Source: a virus
Taxonomy: Duplodnaviria > Heunggongvirae > Uroviricota > Caudoviricetes
Length of the DNA: 47,077 bases
IMG/VR virus record: IMGVR_UViG_2541047907_000002
Coordinates: 1 to 47,077 of that record
Strand: one strand, 5' to 3'
The notes beneath the pieces are model-generated. The model was not told the origin of the DNA and did not search any database. It saw only the letters and a program-made list of their open reading frames with translations. The translations under genes and the position numbers were made by a program. Position 1 is the first letter of the stretch; each line of letters begins with the position of its first letter. Of this stretch, positions 35,589 to 45,793 are shown piece after piece.

Positions 35589-36477
35589 TCTGTCCGCGAT
35601 ACCAGTACCGGATGCGGTAGAGGTGCCGGACACCGCTGTGCTGGTCACTCAGATAGTGGCGAAATATCAGGAACTGGACACGTTGTTTTCGGCCCTGGTG
35701 GAATCCGATCCGGCGTATAAATGGGCAGAGGCACTGGCTTTTCGGGTGGCGCTGATGCGCCAGCAGGTCAATGATGCTGTCCGGGGGGTACTGCTTGCGA
35801 GCGCCCGGAAGAACGACCTGGATCAGATTGGTGCGAATTTTCAGGTGCAACGTCTGGTGATTACCCCGGCAGACGACAGCACTATTCCGCCCATGCCTGC
35901 GGTATATGAAGATGATGATGCTTTTCGCGAACGTATCCAGTTGTCATGGGCACGACTCAGTACCGCGGGCGCGAAAAACGCCTACCACTATTTTGCACAG
36001 AGTGCTGATCCTGATGTGCTGGATGTGAAAGCCTACGGGCCGGAAACGCATTCACAGGAAGGGCGTGTTTTTCTTTATGTGTTATCGCGAACCGGAAACG
36101 GTACGGCATCACAACCCCTGCTGGATAAGGTGGCAGCGTCAGTCAATGATGATGAAATCCGGCCTCTGACGGATTTTGTCAGCGTCCGTGCGGCAGACAT
36201 TATTCCCTACGATGTGGTGGCAGATATTCAAATTCCCTACGGGCTGGATGGTGAACTGGTGATGAATAATGCCCGCCAGGCGCTGCAGACATATACCGAC
36301 AGTGTTCACCGGATTGGTTCTGTGGCGTCCTGCTCCGGCATGGACGGAGCCCTGCATCAGACGGGTGTGATTACAGTGGTGCTGAAATCACCGGCCAGCG
36401 ATATTGTTCCGGTAATGGGACAGGCACCATGGTGTCGCTCAGTCACGCTGAACAAGTTGGAGACAACTGATGAATGA
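35563..36477 (+). CDS. Baseplate protein J, P2 gpJ-like
   Basis: LDQIGANFQVQRLVITPADDSTIPPMPAV parallels P2 J; probable TTG start at 35563 preceded by GAGGAG. Confidence 0.8.
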   Translation: MATSQAIIDLSAIPVPDAVEVPDTAVLVTQIVAKYQELDTLFSALVESDPAYKWAEALAFRVALMRQQVNDAVRGVLLASARKNDLDQIGANFQVQRLVITPADDSTIPPMPAVYEDDDAFRERIQLSWARLSTAGAKNAYHYFAQSADPDVLDVKAYGPETHSQEGRVFLYVLSRTGNGTASQPLLDKVAASVNDDEIRPLTDFVSVRAADIIPYDVVADIQIPYGLDGELVMNNARQALQTYTDSVHRIGSVASCSGMDGALHQTGVITVVLKSPASDIVPVMGQAPWCRSVTLNKLETTDE

Positions 36478-39400
36478 CAAAATCAGAAGCATACTTCCGG
36501 TCAGCGCCAGCCTGGCAGAGCGGGTAGTGGACAGTACTGCCGGTGATATGCTGGCGGAAATTGCGGTCTGTCTGATCCGCTATGTAAAAAATCCCGACTT
36601 ATGTCCGGCGGAATTGCTGCCATGGCTGGCCTGGGAAATGGCAGTGGATACCTGGAGTGAGCACTGGACTGAGGCGGAAAAACGGGCGGCGATTAAACGT
36701 GCTGCTTACATCCACCGTCACAGGGGGACAAAAGCGGCGCTGATGGCGTCGCTGGCTGACAGTCCCTTCCGGTCGCAGATTGTTCAGTGGTATGAGCTGA
36801 ACCCACCCGGAGAACCGTATACCTTTCGTCTGAACGTGGAGCAGAAGGATTTACCGGTGCTGATGAATGATCATCAGGATCTGAAGCATGCGGTGCTCCG
36901 AGCCAAAAATCTGCGCAGCTGGTTCAGTGTTCATATTTACGGACGCCATAGCGGTGAGGTGTATGGCGCGGGATATATTTCGTCCACCGAAATACTAAAG
37001 AATCGCCTTAATGCCCGCAGTATCCTTCCGGCAGAAAGCGACGTGATGCTTCTTCCCGGGGAGCAAAAAGTGATCCCGGTAACCATTTTGCCGGCAGGGG
37101 CAGATGACAAAAGCTTTACGGCCACAGTAACCAGTGACACAGTGGTCACAGCCACGGTACGGGATGGCGCACTGCATCTTCACGGGCTGCGCCGGGGACA
37201 GAGTAGCGTGGTGCTGACCACTGTGAATGGCGTGGCGGCAACGGTGACCGTTCGCGTGGTGGCGGAGGCTCGGTTCATGGTTCGTGTCGATGACGCGAGT
37301 AAGCCGCTGTTTTTTGCTCATGCAGACGGATTCACCATTGATTATGGCGATGGTGTCGATTCCTGCGACTATACCCTTCAGGATGAGGGAGTATATACCA
37401 CCCGAGAGATTGTTGCAGGCACTGTGATGAGCCTGACTGTGAAGGGATGTGACAGTCTGTGTTTTTACCGTTCCGGCAGAGCAAGAAGTGCCCCTTTACA
37501 GGAACTGATCAGGATAAGCAGTGATCGCAGCAGTATGTATCAATTTGCCTGGGGGCAGGCAGACCTGAATAAAATTCATCCCGGCGCACTGGGTGATTTG
37601 CCGAATGTCACAACATATGCCTATGCCTTCAGCAATTGTTCGTCCCTGTCTGCGCTGCCAGATGCCCTGTTTTCCGGTTCACCGGCGGTGACTTCATTTG
37701 CGCATGTGTTTTATGGTTGCACTTCACTGGCAACACTACCGGGCGATCTGTTCAGTGACAATCCGCAGGTCACCACGTTTGTCAGTGCCTTTCAGGGCTG
37801 TACCGCGCTCGGGGAAATTCCGGCAGGGCTGTTTGACAGCGCAGGCCTGGTTACCACGTTCGCCTCCCTGTTTTACGGTTGCACGGGCCTGACCCGTCTG
37901 CCGGGAGGCCTGTTCCGGGCGGCGGTCTCTGCCACGGATTTTGCCAGCCTGTGTTACAGCTGCACGGCGCTGACGGCGTTACCTGCCGGACTGTTCACGG
38001 GAGCGGTGAGTGCGAAAAGTTTCAGTATGGCCTTTGCATACTGTCGCCAGCTGGCAACGCTGCCGGATGACCTGTTCAGCGGGCTCGGGCAGGTGACGGG
38101 ATTTTATCAGACCTTTCAGTACTGTCAGGCACTGACCACGCTGCCGTCACGACTGTTTTATGACTGCGTGTCGGTGATCTCGTTTGGTGGTACTTTTCGT
38201 AACTGTACCAAACTTACCACCCTGCCGGAGGATGTGTTTGTCATCCGTGACGGCACATCACAGATAACTCTGGCTGAGGTGTTCAGTTACTGCACGGCGC
38301 TGACTGCGGTACCGACGGGACTGTTTGAGCCGGTGAAGGCGCGAATCAGCAATGCCGGTTACGCCTTCATGTATGCGGGCCTCACCCGTGTACCGGCCCG
38401 TCTGTTCGCGGGTGCGGTGAACTGCACCACGTTCAGTCAGGTTTTTGCCAACTGTTCAGCCCTGGAGGAAACCGGCGATGAGGTATTTGTCGGGTGTGAT
38501 GCTGCTGTGAGTGCGGCGCAGGCGTTTTACAGATGCAGAACGCTGAGCACGGTCGGGGCTGGGCTGTTTACGGACTGTGGACGTATAACAAATTTTCTGG
38601 GGGCATTCAGTCTCTGTTATGCGCTGTCGTCCATACCGGAAAATCTGTTTGAGGGATGCAGCGCGGCCACGAATTTTTATGAGACGTTTTACAGTTGTCA
38701 GGCGCTGGTCGCCCTGCCGGATTCCCTGTTTGCTGCCTGTGAAGGTACCGATAACATCAGCCTGTATGGCACATTTGCATACTGCGCAGCACTGGTGTCG
38801 ATTCCTGACGGATTATTCAGTGCCATCAGGAGCCGTATCAGCACGGCTCAGGTGGCATTTCGAGGCTGTTCATCACTTACCACAGTCCCTTCCGGTCTGT
38901 TCGCGGATGCCACAAACTGCGGGAATATCGACTCTGCTTTTCTGGACTGTACGGCACTGAGCACTGTGGGCGATGAGGTGTTCAGCGGATGTACTGCCCT
39001 GACGTCTGCCCATAACGTTTTTTCGGGGTGCCTGACCCTGACAACCACGGGTGACCGTCTTCTGGCCGGCTGTACGGCACTGAAATATGTGAGCGGGGTG
39101 TTTGAGGGATGCAGTGCCCTGACCTCCACGGGAGGGGCGCTTCTGTCCGGTTGTACGTCACTGACATCCGCGACGGGCCTGTTCAGCGCGTGCAGGCGTC
39201 TGGTCACGGTCCCGGAAGACACGTTCCGGGACTGCGGGGCGCTGATAAGCGCCGGGGAAACCTTTGCCGGGTGCACATCCCTGACCGGAATACCGGATGC
39301 GTTGTTTGCGGACTGTCCTTCACTGAAATCGGCGGAAAAGATGTTTTATGGCTGCAGCGCACTGGTCAGCGTGCCACCGGATATTGTGAAGCCAGGCGAC

Positions 39401-39619
39401 ACAGCCGGGTCAGTGAACTGGATGTTCCGTGAATGTTCATCGCTGGCGGTGGATATCAACACTCTCTTCACGCAGACCTTTCCTGAAGGTTACTCGCTGG
39501 CGTATCTCTTCGACGGGTGCAGTAACGTGACGGGCAGCAAAAGTGAATTTCTGGCGAAGTTTCCGTCACCGGTGACTTCAGCATATTGTTTTGATGACTG
39601 TCCGTTACTGACGGACTGA
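36470..39619 (+). CDS. Tail protein I (P2 gpI-like N-domain) fused to an Ig-like domain and a long array of ~23-residue leucine-rich-repeat-like units
   Basis: 1049 aa; N-terminal ~180 aa resemble phage tail protein I; a Big_2-like segment follows; the remaining ~680 aa are roughly 25-30 repeats of pattern F-x2-C-x2-L-x2-(L/I)P-x2-LF. Confidence 0.7.
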   Translation: MNDKIRSILPVSASLAERVVDSTAGDMLAEIAVCLIRYVKNPDLCPAELLPWLAWEMAVDTWSEHWTEAEKRAAIKRAAYIHRHRGTKAALMASLADSPFRSQIVQWYELNPPGEPYTFRLNVEQKDLPVLMNDHQDLKHAVLRAKNLRSWFSVHIYGRHSGEVYGAGYISSTEILKNRLNARSILPAESDVMLLPGEQKVIPVTILPAGADDKSFTATVTSDTVVTATVRDGALHLHGLRRGQSSVVLTTVNGVAATVTVRVVAEARFMVRVDDASKPLFFAHADGFTIDYGDGVDSCDYTLQDEGVYTTREIVAGTVMSLTVKGCDSLCFYRSGRARSAPLQELIRISSDRSSMYQFAWGQADLNKIHPGALGDLPNVTTYAYAFSNCSSLSALPDALFSGSPAVTSFAHVFYGCTSLATLPGDLFSDNPQVTTFVSAFQGCTALGEIPAGLFDSAGLVTTFASLFYGCTGLTRLPGGLFRAAVSATDFASLCYSCTALTALPAGLFTGAVSAKSFSMAFAYCRQLATLPDDLFSGLGQVTGFYQTFQYCQALTTLPSRLFYDCVSVISFGGTFRNCTKLTTLPEDVFVIRDGTSQITLAEVFSYCTALTAVPTGLFEPVKARISNAGYAFMYAGLTRVPARLFAGAVNCTTFSQVFANCSALEETGDEVFVGCDAAVSAAQAFYRCRTLSTVGAGLFTDCGRITNFLGAFSLCYALSSIPENLFEGCSAATNFYETFYSCQALVALPDSLFAACEGTDNISLYGTFAYCAALVSIPDGLFSAIRSRISTAQVAFRGCSSLTTVPSGLFADATNCGNIDSAFLDCTALSTVGDEVFSGCTALTSAHNVFSGCLTLTTTGDRLLAGCTALKYVSGVFEGCSALTSTGGALLSGCTSLTSATGLFSACRRLVTVPEDTFRDCGALISAGETFAGCTSLTGIPDALFADCPSLKSAEKMFYGCSALVSVPPDIVKPGDTAGSVNWMFRECSSLAVDINTLFTQTFPEGYSLAYLFDGCSNVTGSKSEFLAKFPSPVTSAYCFDDCPLLTD

Positions 39620-39635
39620 ATGACAGGAGAAAACG

Positions 39636-40583
39636 ATGCCAGCAGGATTAACCCTGACCGTAGCCGGTGCGGCAGAAATAGAGGCGGCTTATCAGGCCGG
39701 TGATGTGGTCACCATTGAGGCGGTGGCTGTCGGTGACGGGGGAAACCGGCTCCTGCCATCCACACCGGATGAACTGGCTGCCATGACGTCACTGGCAGGG
39801 GAGTTCGGTCGCGAACCTTTCGCCTCCGGTACCACAGATGACGGTTTTATCAGCGGGCAGGTGGTGATTGACTGCAAAACCTATCCGGGGAAAACGCTCC
39901 GTGAGCTGGGTCTGGTCAGCCAGTCGGGCACCCTGATTGCTTATGGCCTTTATCCGGACACGTACCTTCCTGACCAGACCGACTCGGTCATCAAGGAGGT
40001 CATTGTGACGTCGGTACTGGAACTGACGCACGCAGAGAGTGTGACGCTGTTACTTGACCCGGAAAGGATGCTGCTGACGCAGGATGCCGGCGACAGGCGT
40101 TATCTGCGCATCAGTGAAGACCTGGCGGAAATTGCAGAAAAAGGTGCAGAAGCACAGGCCCGGGGGCGGATGCATCTTGATGTTTACAGTACCACGGAAG
40201 CAGATAATCAGTTCCAGCCGACGGGCAATTACGCCATGGCGGATGAGGTGTACACGAAAACGGAATCCGACAACCGTTTCCAGCCCAAAGGGGAATATTA
40301 CTCAAAGACCGAGTCCGATAACCGTTTTCAGGCAAAAGGTGAGTACTACACAAAAACTGAATCTGATGCGCGTTATATACAGAACTGGGAGTACACCGCA
40401 GAGGTGGTTTACAAACCTGCAAATAACGAAACGAGCTGGACATTCCGGGCTCCTGCCGGATGTACGATTTCAGGGATTATTGTGGAGGAAACAGGCAGCA
40501 ATTCTGCCGATAACATCAGCGGTGTTTACTACAAGGCTGCGCAGATTTATATCAATGGTGCATGGCGCTCTGTATCGGGTTAA
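39636..40583 (+). CDS. Tail fiber protein, P2 gpH-like N-terminus with fiber repeats
   Basis: N-terminal tail-collar fiber-like region; three copies of YTKTESDNRFQ.KGEYY-type repeats. Confidence 0.65.
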   Translation: MPAGLTLTVAGAAEIEAAYQAGDVVTIEAVAVGDGGNRLLPSTPDELAAMTSLAGEFGREPFASGTTDDGFISGQVVIDCKTYPGKTLRELGLVSQSGTLIAYGLYPDTYLPDQTDSVIKEVIVTSVLELTHAESVTLLLDPERMLLTQDAGDRRYLRISEDLAEIAEKGAEAQARGRMHLDVYSTTEADNQFQPTGNYAMADEVYTKTESDNRFQPKGEYYSKTESDNRFQAKGEYYTKTESDARYIQNWEYTAEVVYKPANNETSWTFRAPAGCTISGIIVEETGSNSADNISGVYYKAAQIYINGAWRSVSG

Positions 40584-40598
40584 TAAAAGGAGCCAGTA

Positions 40599-41126
40599 AT
40601 GGAACTCAGAAACGTTACGCGTTATTACCCTGAAGGCATGCCTTATGGGGAAGGGATTCAGTATTTTCGCAGTGAGGACGGGCAGGATTTTTACAATTCA
40701 CTGGGTAAATTCACGAAGAAATACAAATTGTGCATTCATCCTGAAACCGGTGTGATTTATTCCATGGCGGAAGATGTATCCCGGCTTTACCCGGTGGGCT
40801 TCACCATTGTGGAAGTGGATGAACTACCGGAAGGATTTTGTATTGAAGCCCGCTGGTATTATAAAGATGGTGAAGTACTGGCGGTCCCTGTTGACTACCG
40901 GCAGCAGGCAGAGGCGGAGCGTGCTTGTCTTACCGCGATTGCCGAACGGGAAATATCCGATAAGAAGACGGATTTACTTCTGGAGATCATCAGTGATGAA
41001 GAAAAAGAAAAGCTGAAAGCCTGGCGTGTTTATGCAAAGGAATTACAGGCGATGGATTTCAGCACTATTGCGGATAAGACAGCTTACGACAATATTGTCT
41101 GGCCTGAATCACCACAAAATATCTGA
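40599..41126 (+). CDS. Tail fiber assembly protein (gpG/Tfa-like)
   Basis: 175 aa directly after the fiber gene; position and size. Confidence 0.6.
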   Translation: MELRNVTRYYPEGMPYGEGIQYFRSEDGQDFYNSLGKFTKKYKLCIHPETGVIYSMAEDVSRLYPVGFTIVEVDELPEGFCIEARWYYKDGEVLAVPVDYRQQAEAERACLTAIAEREISDKKTDLLLEIISDEEKEKLKAWRVYAKELQAMDFSTIADKTAYDNIVWPESPQNI

Positions 41127-41143
41127 AAAAAAGTGAATCAACA

Positions 41144-41168
41144 GACCGCCTTTAAGGGCGGTTTTTTT
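41144..41168 (+). terminator. Intrinsic terminator after the fiber genes
   Basis: Stem GACCGCC/GGCGGT(C) with loop TTTAAG followed by T7. Confidence 0.5.
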
Positions 41169-41181
41169 ATGGGAGAAATGT

Positions 41182-42654
41182 ATGTCCGGACTACATGGTG
41201 TTGAAACCATTGAACTGACGACAGGAACGGTTGCCGTGCAGACCATCTCCACGGCAGTGATTGGTCTGGTGGGGACAGCACCGGATGCTTCCGGTGGTGT
41301 GTGTGCTTCCGGTACTACCGGATCGTGGCTGCTGGGAACGGCGCTGGATTTTACGGCGAAACAGGAAGGGCGGGCCGGCAATAAGATTTCGGTGGTTGCC
41401 GTCGCGGCCACAGAACAAAGTGCGCAGACTACGGCCACGCTGGAAGGTACGACCCTGACGATAACACTGGGGACGGATGAACACAGCCAGGTTAACGCGA
41501 CTGTGGACCGTGTGACTGAAGTGGTGAATGCGCTGGGTGATTCACCTGTGACGGCGGCGGTCAGTACCCTGAATGCAGGAGGCGCTGAAAATCATGTGGT
41601 GCCGCCGTTCAGCCTGACGTTATCCGGCGGGGAAGATGAGGCGTTCCCGGTTAATACACCGGTGGTGGCAGGGGCCATTACTCAGGCGGGAAAACTGGGG
41701 GCCGCCGGGACACTGTATCCGGCTCTGCGAGATATTTTTGACCAGACCGGTGCTCTGGTGATTGTGGTGCGTGCGGAAAGTAAACCGAAAGCGAAAGAGG
41801 CTGAACAACGTGCGGCGGTGATTAAGGCCATGGAAGCACTGACGGAAAGCAAGGGAAAAACAGGCTACCAGCCGCGCATCCTCATTGCCACGGGTTACAG
41901 TGAGGATGATGGCGTGGCAAAGGCGCTGGAAACGTATGCCGCGAAGCTGCGGGCCGTCGCCTATGTTGACTCGCCATCAATGGCAACGCCGCAGGATGTG
42001 GTTCAGCGTCGCGCATCCTTTGGCGGTCGCGTGGAGCTGCTGCGTCCGCGAGTGTCAGTAACGGATGACAGCGGGCAGACGGTATTTCGTCCGTATTCGG
42101 CACGCGCTGCCGGGCTGCGTGCCCGTATTGATTACGAAAAAGGATGGTGGTGGTCCAAATCAAACCAGGACGTGATGAATATCACCGGACTGGAGCAGGT
42201 GGACACATTTATTCTCGGGGAGCAGAACTGCACGGCCAACCTGCTGAACATGGAAAACATCTCCACCATTATCCGGCATGACGGTTTTAAACACTGGGGT
42301 AACCGCCTGTGTTCATCCCACAGCCAGCTGCGTTTTGAGTCTGTGCGCCGTACGGCTGATGTGATTGAGGACAGCATTCAGGAGGCCATGCTGCCTTATG
42401 TCGATCGTCCGCTTGATCGGGATGTGGCGGACGACATTCTTGGCAGTATTAATGCGTATATGCGTCAGCTTAAAAATCTGGGAGCGATCCACGGTGGCAG
42501 CGCCTGGCTGAATGATGAACTGAACACGGCAGAAAACCTGGCAGCCGGGTGGTTGTATATCGACTATGACTTCGGACCAAAGTCGCCACTGGAGCGTCTG
42601 ACGCTGCGGACAATGATCAACAATAAACTGGCACAGGAGGAACTGACAGTATGA
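41182..42654 (+). CDS. Contractile tail sheath protein, P2 gpFI-like
   Basis: 490 aa; GLRARIDYEKGWW, IRHDGFKHWGNRLCS and WLYIDYDFGPKSPLERLTLR parallel P2 FI as recalled. Confidence 0.85.
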   Translation: MSGLHGVETIELTTGTVAVQTISTAVIGLVGTAPDASGGVCASGTTGSWLLGTALDFTAKQEGRAGNKISVVAVAATEQSAQTTATLEGTTLTITLGTDEHSQVNATVDRVTEVVNALGDSPVTAAVSTLNAGGAENHVVPPFSLTLSGGEDEAFPVNTPVVAGAITQAGKLGAAGTLYPALRDIFDQTGALVIVVRAESKPKAKEAEQRAAVIKAMEALTESKGKTGYQPRILIATGYSEDDGVAKALETYAAKLRAVAYVDSPSMATPQDVVQRRASFGGRVELLRPRVSVTDDSGQTVFRPYSARAAGLRARIDYEKGWWWSKSNQDVMNITGLEQVDTFILGEQNCTANLLNMENISTIIRHDGFKHWGNRLCSSHSQLRFESVRRTADVIEDSIQEAMLPYVDRPLDRDVADDILGSINAYMRQLKNLGAIHGGSAWLNDELNTAENLAAGWLYIDYDFGPKSPLERLTLRTMINNKLAQEELTV

Positions 42655-43169
42655 ACACAGGTGAAAAAAAACTGTTGCGTGGCTGGACGTTGTTTCTGCC
42701 TGGTGGGATCCGTCTTCAGGGGGCGCATGAATACACGCCGCCTGCCATTAATATCTCAACAGTGGATATCAAAACCGGTGCAATGGATGCACCGGTGGCA
42801 GTGGATGACGGCATGGAAGCGCTGACCTGCTCATTTAAGATTTATGGTTACGATGTCTCCATGCTGACGCTGCTGGGATTACAGGCCGGGCTTTATTCAC
42901 CGGAGATCGTTGTCCGCCAGGCTTACCGGGTGGGGAATGCGACCAGCGGGCAGGTGGAAACCCTGCAGGGGATGATCACCAGTATCACGCCGGATGCGCG
43001 TCCGTCGACATCACAGGCAGATGCCTCGGTGACGGTGGAAATGTCGCTGAGTTATTACCGTCAGGTTGTCGACGGTGTGGAAACCATCTGCATTATTCCG
43101 GAGGAATTTGTGCGCCGTATTAACGGCGTGAATGTTCTGTCGGATCTGAAAAAAATTATCCGGGTTTAA
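42651..43169 (+). CDS. Tail tube protein, P2 gpFII-like
   Basis: 172 aa; ATGA overlap with sheath gene; C-terminal YYRQVVDGVE...INGVN parallels P2 FII. Confidence 0.75.
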   Translation: MNTGEKKLLRGWTLFLPGGIRLQGAHEYTPPAINISTVDIKTGAMDAPVAVDDGMEALTCSFKIYGYDVSMLTLLGLQAGLYSPEIVVRQAYRVGNATSGQVETLQGMITSITPDARPSTSQADASVTVEMSLSYYRQVVDGVETICIIPEEFVRRINGVNVLSDLKKIIRV

Positions 43170-43189
43170 TTTCCGTATCCTGTCATTCA

Positions 43190-43218
43190 GGCGGCACATG
43201 CCGCCTTTTCTTTTTTTA
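43190..43218 (+). terminator. Hairpin plus T-run between the tube and gpE genes (attenuator-like)
   Basis: Stem GGCGGC/GCCGCC with loop ACAT followed by a T-rich run (TTTTCTTTTTTT). Confidence 0.45.
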
Positions 43219-43229
43219 AGGAGACGTTT

Positions 43230-43532
43230 ATGTCAGAAAAAAACAGTGTGCCTGCCAGCAGTGTGGAAATTGTGTTATCCGTGCCGTATGTCACCACATC
43301 AGGGCAGATGATCACGTGTGTCACCATGCGTGCGCCCACCGTCCGTGACAGGCTGCTGCATCGACGGAGCACCAAACCGGAAGCCGAGGCCGATCTGGAC
43401 ATGATAGCCGGACTGTGCGGGATGAACGCGGCGGACATGATGAACATGGAAGCGTGTGATTACCTGGCCCTGGAGCGGCAGTTTAATGTTTTTTTGCTGC
43501 CGCCGGTCCGGCGGAAGAAGACAGCATCCTGA
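43230..43532 (+). CDS. Tail assembly chaperone gpE (zero-frame product)
   Basis: 100 aa ORF before the tape measure gene; contains the slippery run T TTT TTG near its 3' end. Confidence 0.6.
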   Translation: MSEKNSVPASSVEIVLSVPYVTTSGQMITCVTMRAPTVRDRLLHRRSTKPEAEADLDMIAGLCGMNAADMMNMEACDYLALERQFNVFLLPPVRRKKTAS

Positions 43533-43669
43533 CAGCGATACGGCGCGCCGGTGCCTGGTTTGGCTGGTCTCCCTGTGAGGTGATGGCGCTGCCATATGCG
43601 GATTTTGTGGCAATGATGCTGGCGGAGTCGGAAGAGAGGAAACGACGTTATGGCAACGGTTGGCGATAA
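43230..43669 (+). CDS. Tail assembly chaperone gpE' (predicted -1 programmed frameshift product)
   Basis: Heptamer T_TTT_TTG at 43490-43496 in the gpE frame; the -1 frame is open for 58 codons from 43496 to a TAA at 43667-43669, overlapping the tape measure start, as in P2 E/E'. Confidence 0.5.
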
Positions 43670-45302
43670 CCTTAAAGCGAATATCAGGATCGGCGGCACG
43701 ATAGATCCGTCCTGGCGAAATTCAGTCGAAGGACTGAAAAAAGGGCTTTCCGGAGCAACACGGGAAGTGGCACGTCTGACGCGCCAGCAGGATGTACTGA
43801 AACGAAAAATTCAGGCCGGTGTACTGGCCGGGCAGGATATTACCGATCTGCGAAAGCAGTATGAAAAGCTGGGCAAAAAAATACATGATGCCACCGGGGA
43901 GCAGGACAAATTTAACCGTAAGCTGGCACGCGCTGATCGTCTGGCCCGCTGGAAAGGGCGTATCGGTAGTGTACTGAAAACCGGAGCCGGGCTTTCAGTG
44001 GGGACCGGACTGACACTGGCCGCCGGTACCACCGCCGTGCTGAACCGGAATACGGAGACGGCAGAGCGGGCAGGAATAGCCCGGAGTTACGGGGTGGATT
44101 ATGAAACCTACGCGGCGTGGGATTCACTGGCCCGGCTGATGGGACTGAACGGCGAAAACATTGGTGATCTGTTTGAGGAATACCGGAATAAGGTGTTCGA
44201 CGATAACAATGGTGCCACGGATAAAGGGGCCATTCAGGAGGTGTTTGGTGCGCTGGGGCTGAAAGCGGGTGTGATGGCCGGAAAAAGCAACCAGGAGCAG
44301 GTGGAATTTTTATTTGATCGTTTACTGCAGGTGGAAAATGAACAGGTGGCTGCCGGGATGGCAGATGCATTGTTTGGTGGTGAGGCCAATAAAATTCTGA
44401 CCTGGATGCGTCTGTCAGGAAAAACTTACCGGGAACTTATCAGTGAGCAGAAACGCTATAACCTGGTGACAAAGGAAGGAGCAGACGGCGCAGTCAAGGG
44501 GCATATGGCGCTGTCAAATCTCCGTAGTGTTCTGAGTTCGTCCATTGATGAAATCAGCGGACAACTGGGTAATGAACTGGCACCACATATTCAACAGGTG
44601 ACGGATGACCTTGCGGCCTGGTTTAAGGATGGTGGACTGGAAAAAATCCGGGCATTTATCCGTGATGATGCCCTGCCGGCGCTGATCGACATGGCTGCGT
44701 GGATGTGGAAATTCGGAAAAGTTCTGGCTGGAATAACGCAGAAAGCGATTGAGTGGGGGCTGACAGATGATCCGCGTCAGGACCGGCGAGAAGTACTGGA
44801 ATATCTGGCAAAAATGGCGTCGCCGGAGATGGCGAGAGCGGTGGCGCAGAAAAACGGTCAGGGTGAATGGTTTGAAGAACTGCTCAGGCAAAATCCGGAC
44901 CTGACGAAACAGGTTGTACAGGCCTATAAAGATACCCGCGGTTACCTTCCCTGGAATCATGATGATAAAAAGTTTGATGCATTTCTCGACCCTTTGCTGG
45001 GACCGAAGGATGAACCTGATTTTAATGCGATAAAAGAAAAATCCCGCGCTTACATTGACGGACTTCCTGCGGCAGGTCAGGGGAGGGAAAACACGGATCG
45101 CCTTTCGGCACTTCAGTATACCCCCGGCAGTATCAGCCAGGTGGAGGTTAAACCCACATATCAGATACGGGCAGAATTTAACATCACCCAGAAACCCGGC
45201 GAGGATGCCGGACAACTGGCAGACAGGGTGACGAAAAATCTGGGGGATATTCATTTTGGTCAGCGTTCCCGTATGACCGATGGTGATGCATTCTGGGGGT
45301 GA
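43650..45302 (+). CDS. Tail tape measure protein (gpT-like)
   Basis: 550 aa, helical/Ala-Gly rich, located between the chaperone and gpU genes. Confidence 0.75.
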   Translation: MATVGDNLKANIRIGGTIDPSWRNSVEGLKKGLSGATREVARLTRQQDVLKRKIQAGVLAGQDITDLRKQYEKLGKKIHDATGEQDKFNRKLARADRLARWKGRIGSVLKTGAGLSVGTGLTLAAGTTAVLNRNTETAERAGIARSYGVDYETYAAWDSLARLMGLNGENIGDLFEEYRNKVFDDNNGATDKGAIQEVFGALGLKAGVMAGKSNQEQVEFLFDRLLQVENEQVAAGMADALFGGEANKILTWMRLSGKTYRELISEQKRYNLVTKEGADGAVKGHMALSNLRSVLSSSIDEISGQLGNELAPHIQQVTDDLAAWFKDGGLEKIRAFIRDDALPALIDMAAWMWKFGKVLAGITQKAIEWGLTDDPRQDRREVLEYLAKMASPEMARAVAQKNGQGEWFEELLRQNPDLTKQVVQAYKDTRGYLPWNHDDKKFDAFLDPLLGPKDEPDFNAIKEKSRAYIDGLPAAGQGRENTDRLSALQYTPGSISQVEVKPTYQIRAEFNITQKPGEDAGQLADRVTKNLGDIHFGQRSRMTDGDAFWG

Positions 45303-45304
45303 AC

Positions 45305-45793
45305 ATGGTGGATTTACTGGGCTGGGGGGTAAACCGGCTTGAGCGCGAAGCATGGGACGCAGTGGGCTCATTAACGGAGGTGGCTTCCCGCGTCATGCTG
45401 TCGTTTGGTGAGTTTGAATTCAGTATCGATACGGCAGCGTATAACGCCATGAAGCGCACCATGGAATGGCGGTGGGATGAACAGCAGCTTATCGGAAAAA
45501 ACGACCTGCTGCAGTATACCGGCAAAGGAGCCAGAGCAATAACCCTTGAAGGGATGGTTCATGCGGGATTTCGTGACGGCGTGGGAATGGATGCCCTTGA
45601 TACACTGGTTCAGATGGTGGATGACAATCCGGCACCGTACCTTCTGGTCTCGAGCACAGGCGATGTGATGGGGTATTTCGTGGCTACCGCTTATTCAGAT
45701 AACACCACGTCCTTTCTTCCCGGCGGTGCGCCGAAGAATAAAACGTTCACACTGGAGCTGAAATATTATGGCGAAAAACTGGCGGACCACTGA
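45305..45793 (+). CDS. Tail protein U, P2 gpU-like
   Basis: Position and C-terminal similarity to P2 U; start ATG 45305 (or GTG 45299) overlapping the tape measure stop. Confidence 0.7.
   Translation: MVDLLGWGVNRLEREAWDAVGSLTEVASRVMLSFGEFEFSIDTAAYNAMKRTMEWRWDEQQLIGKNDLLQYTGKGARAITLEGMVHAGFRDGVGMDALDTLVQMVDDNPAPYLLVSSTGDVMGYFVATAYSDNTTSFLPGGAPKNKTFTLELKYYGEKLADH

Noticed and set aside
44514-45371. 285 aa minus-strand ORF inside the tape measure gene
   Set aside because: Antisense to a CDS with consistent operon context; no start signals; low-complexity translation.
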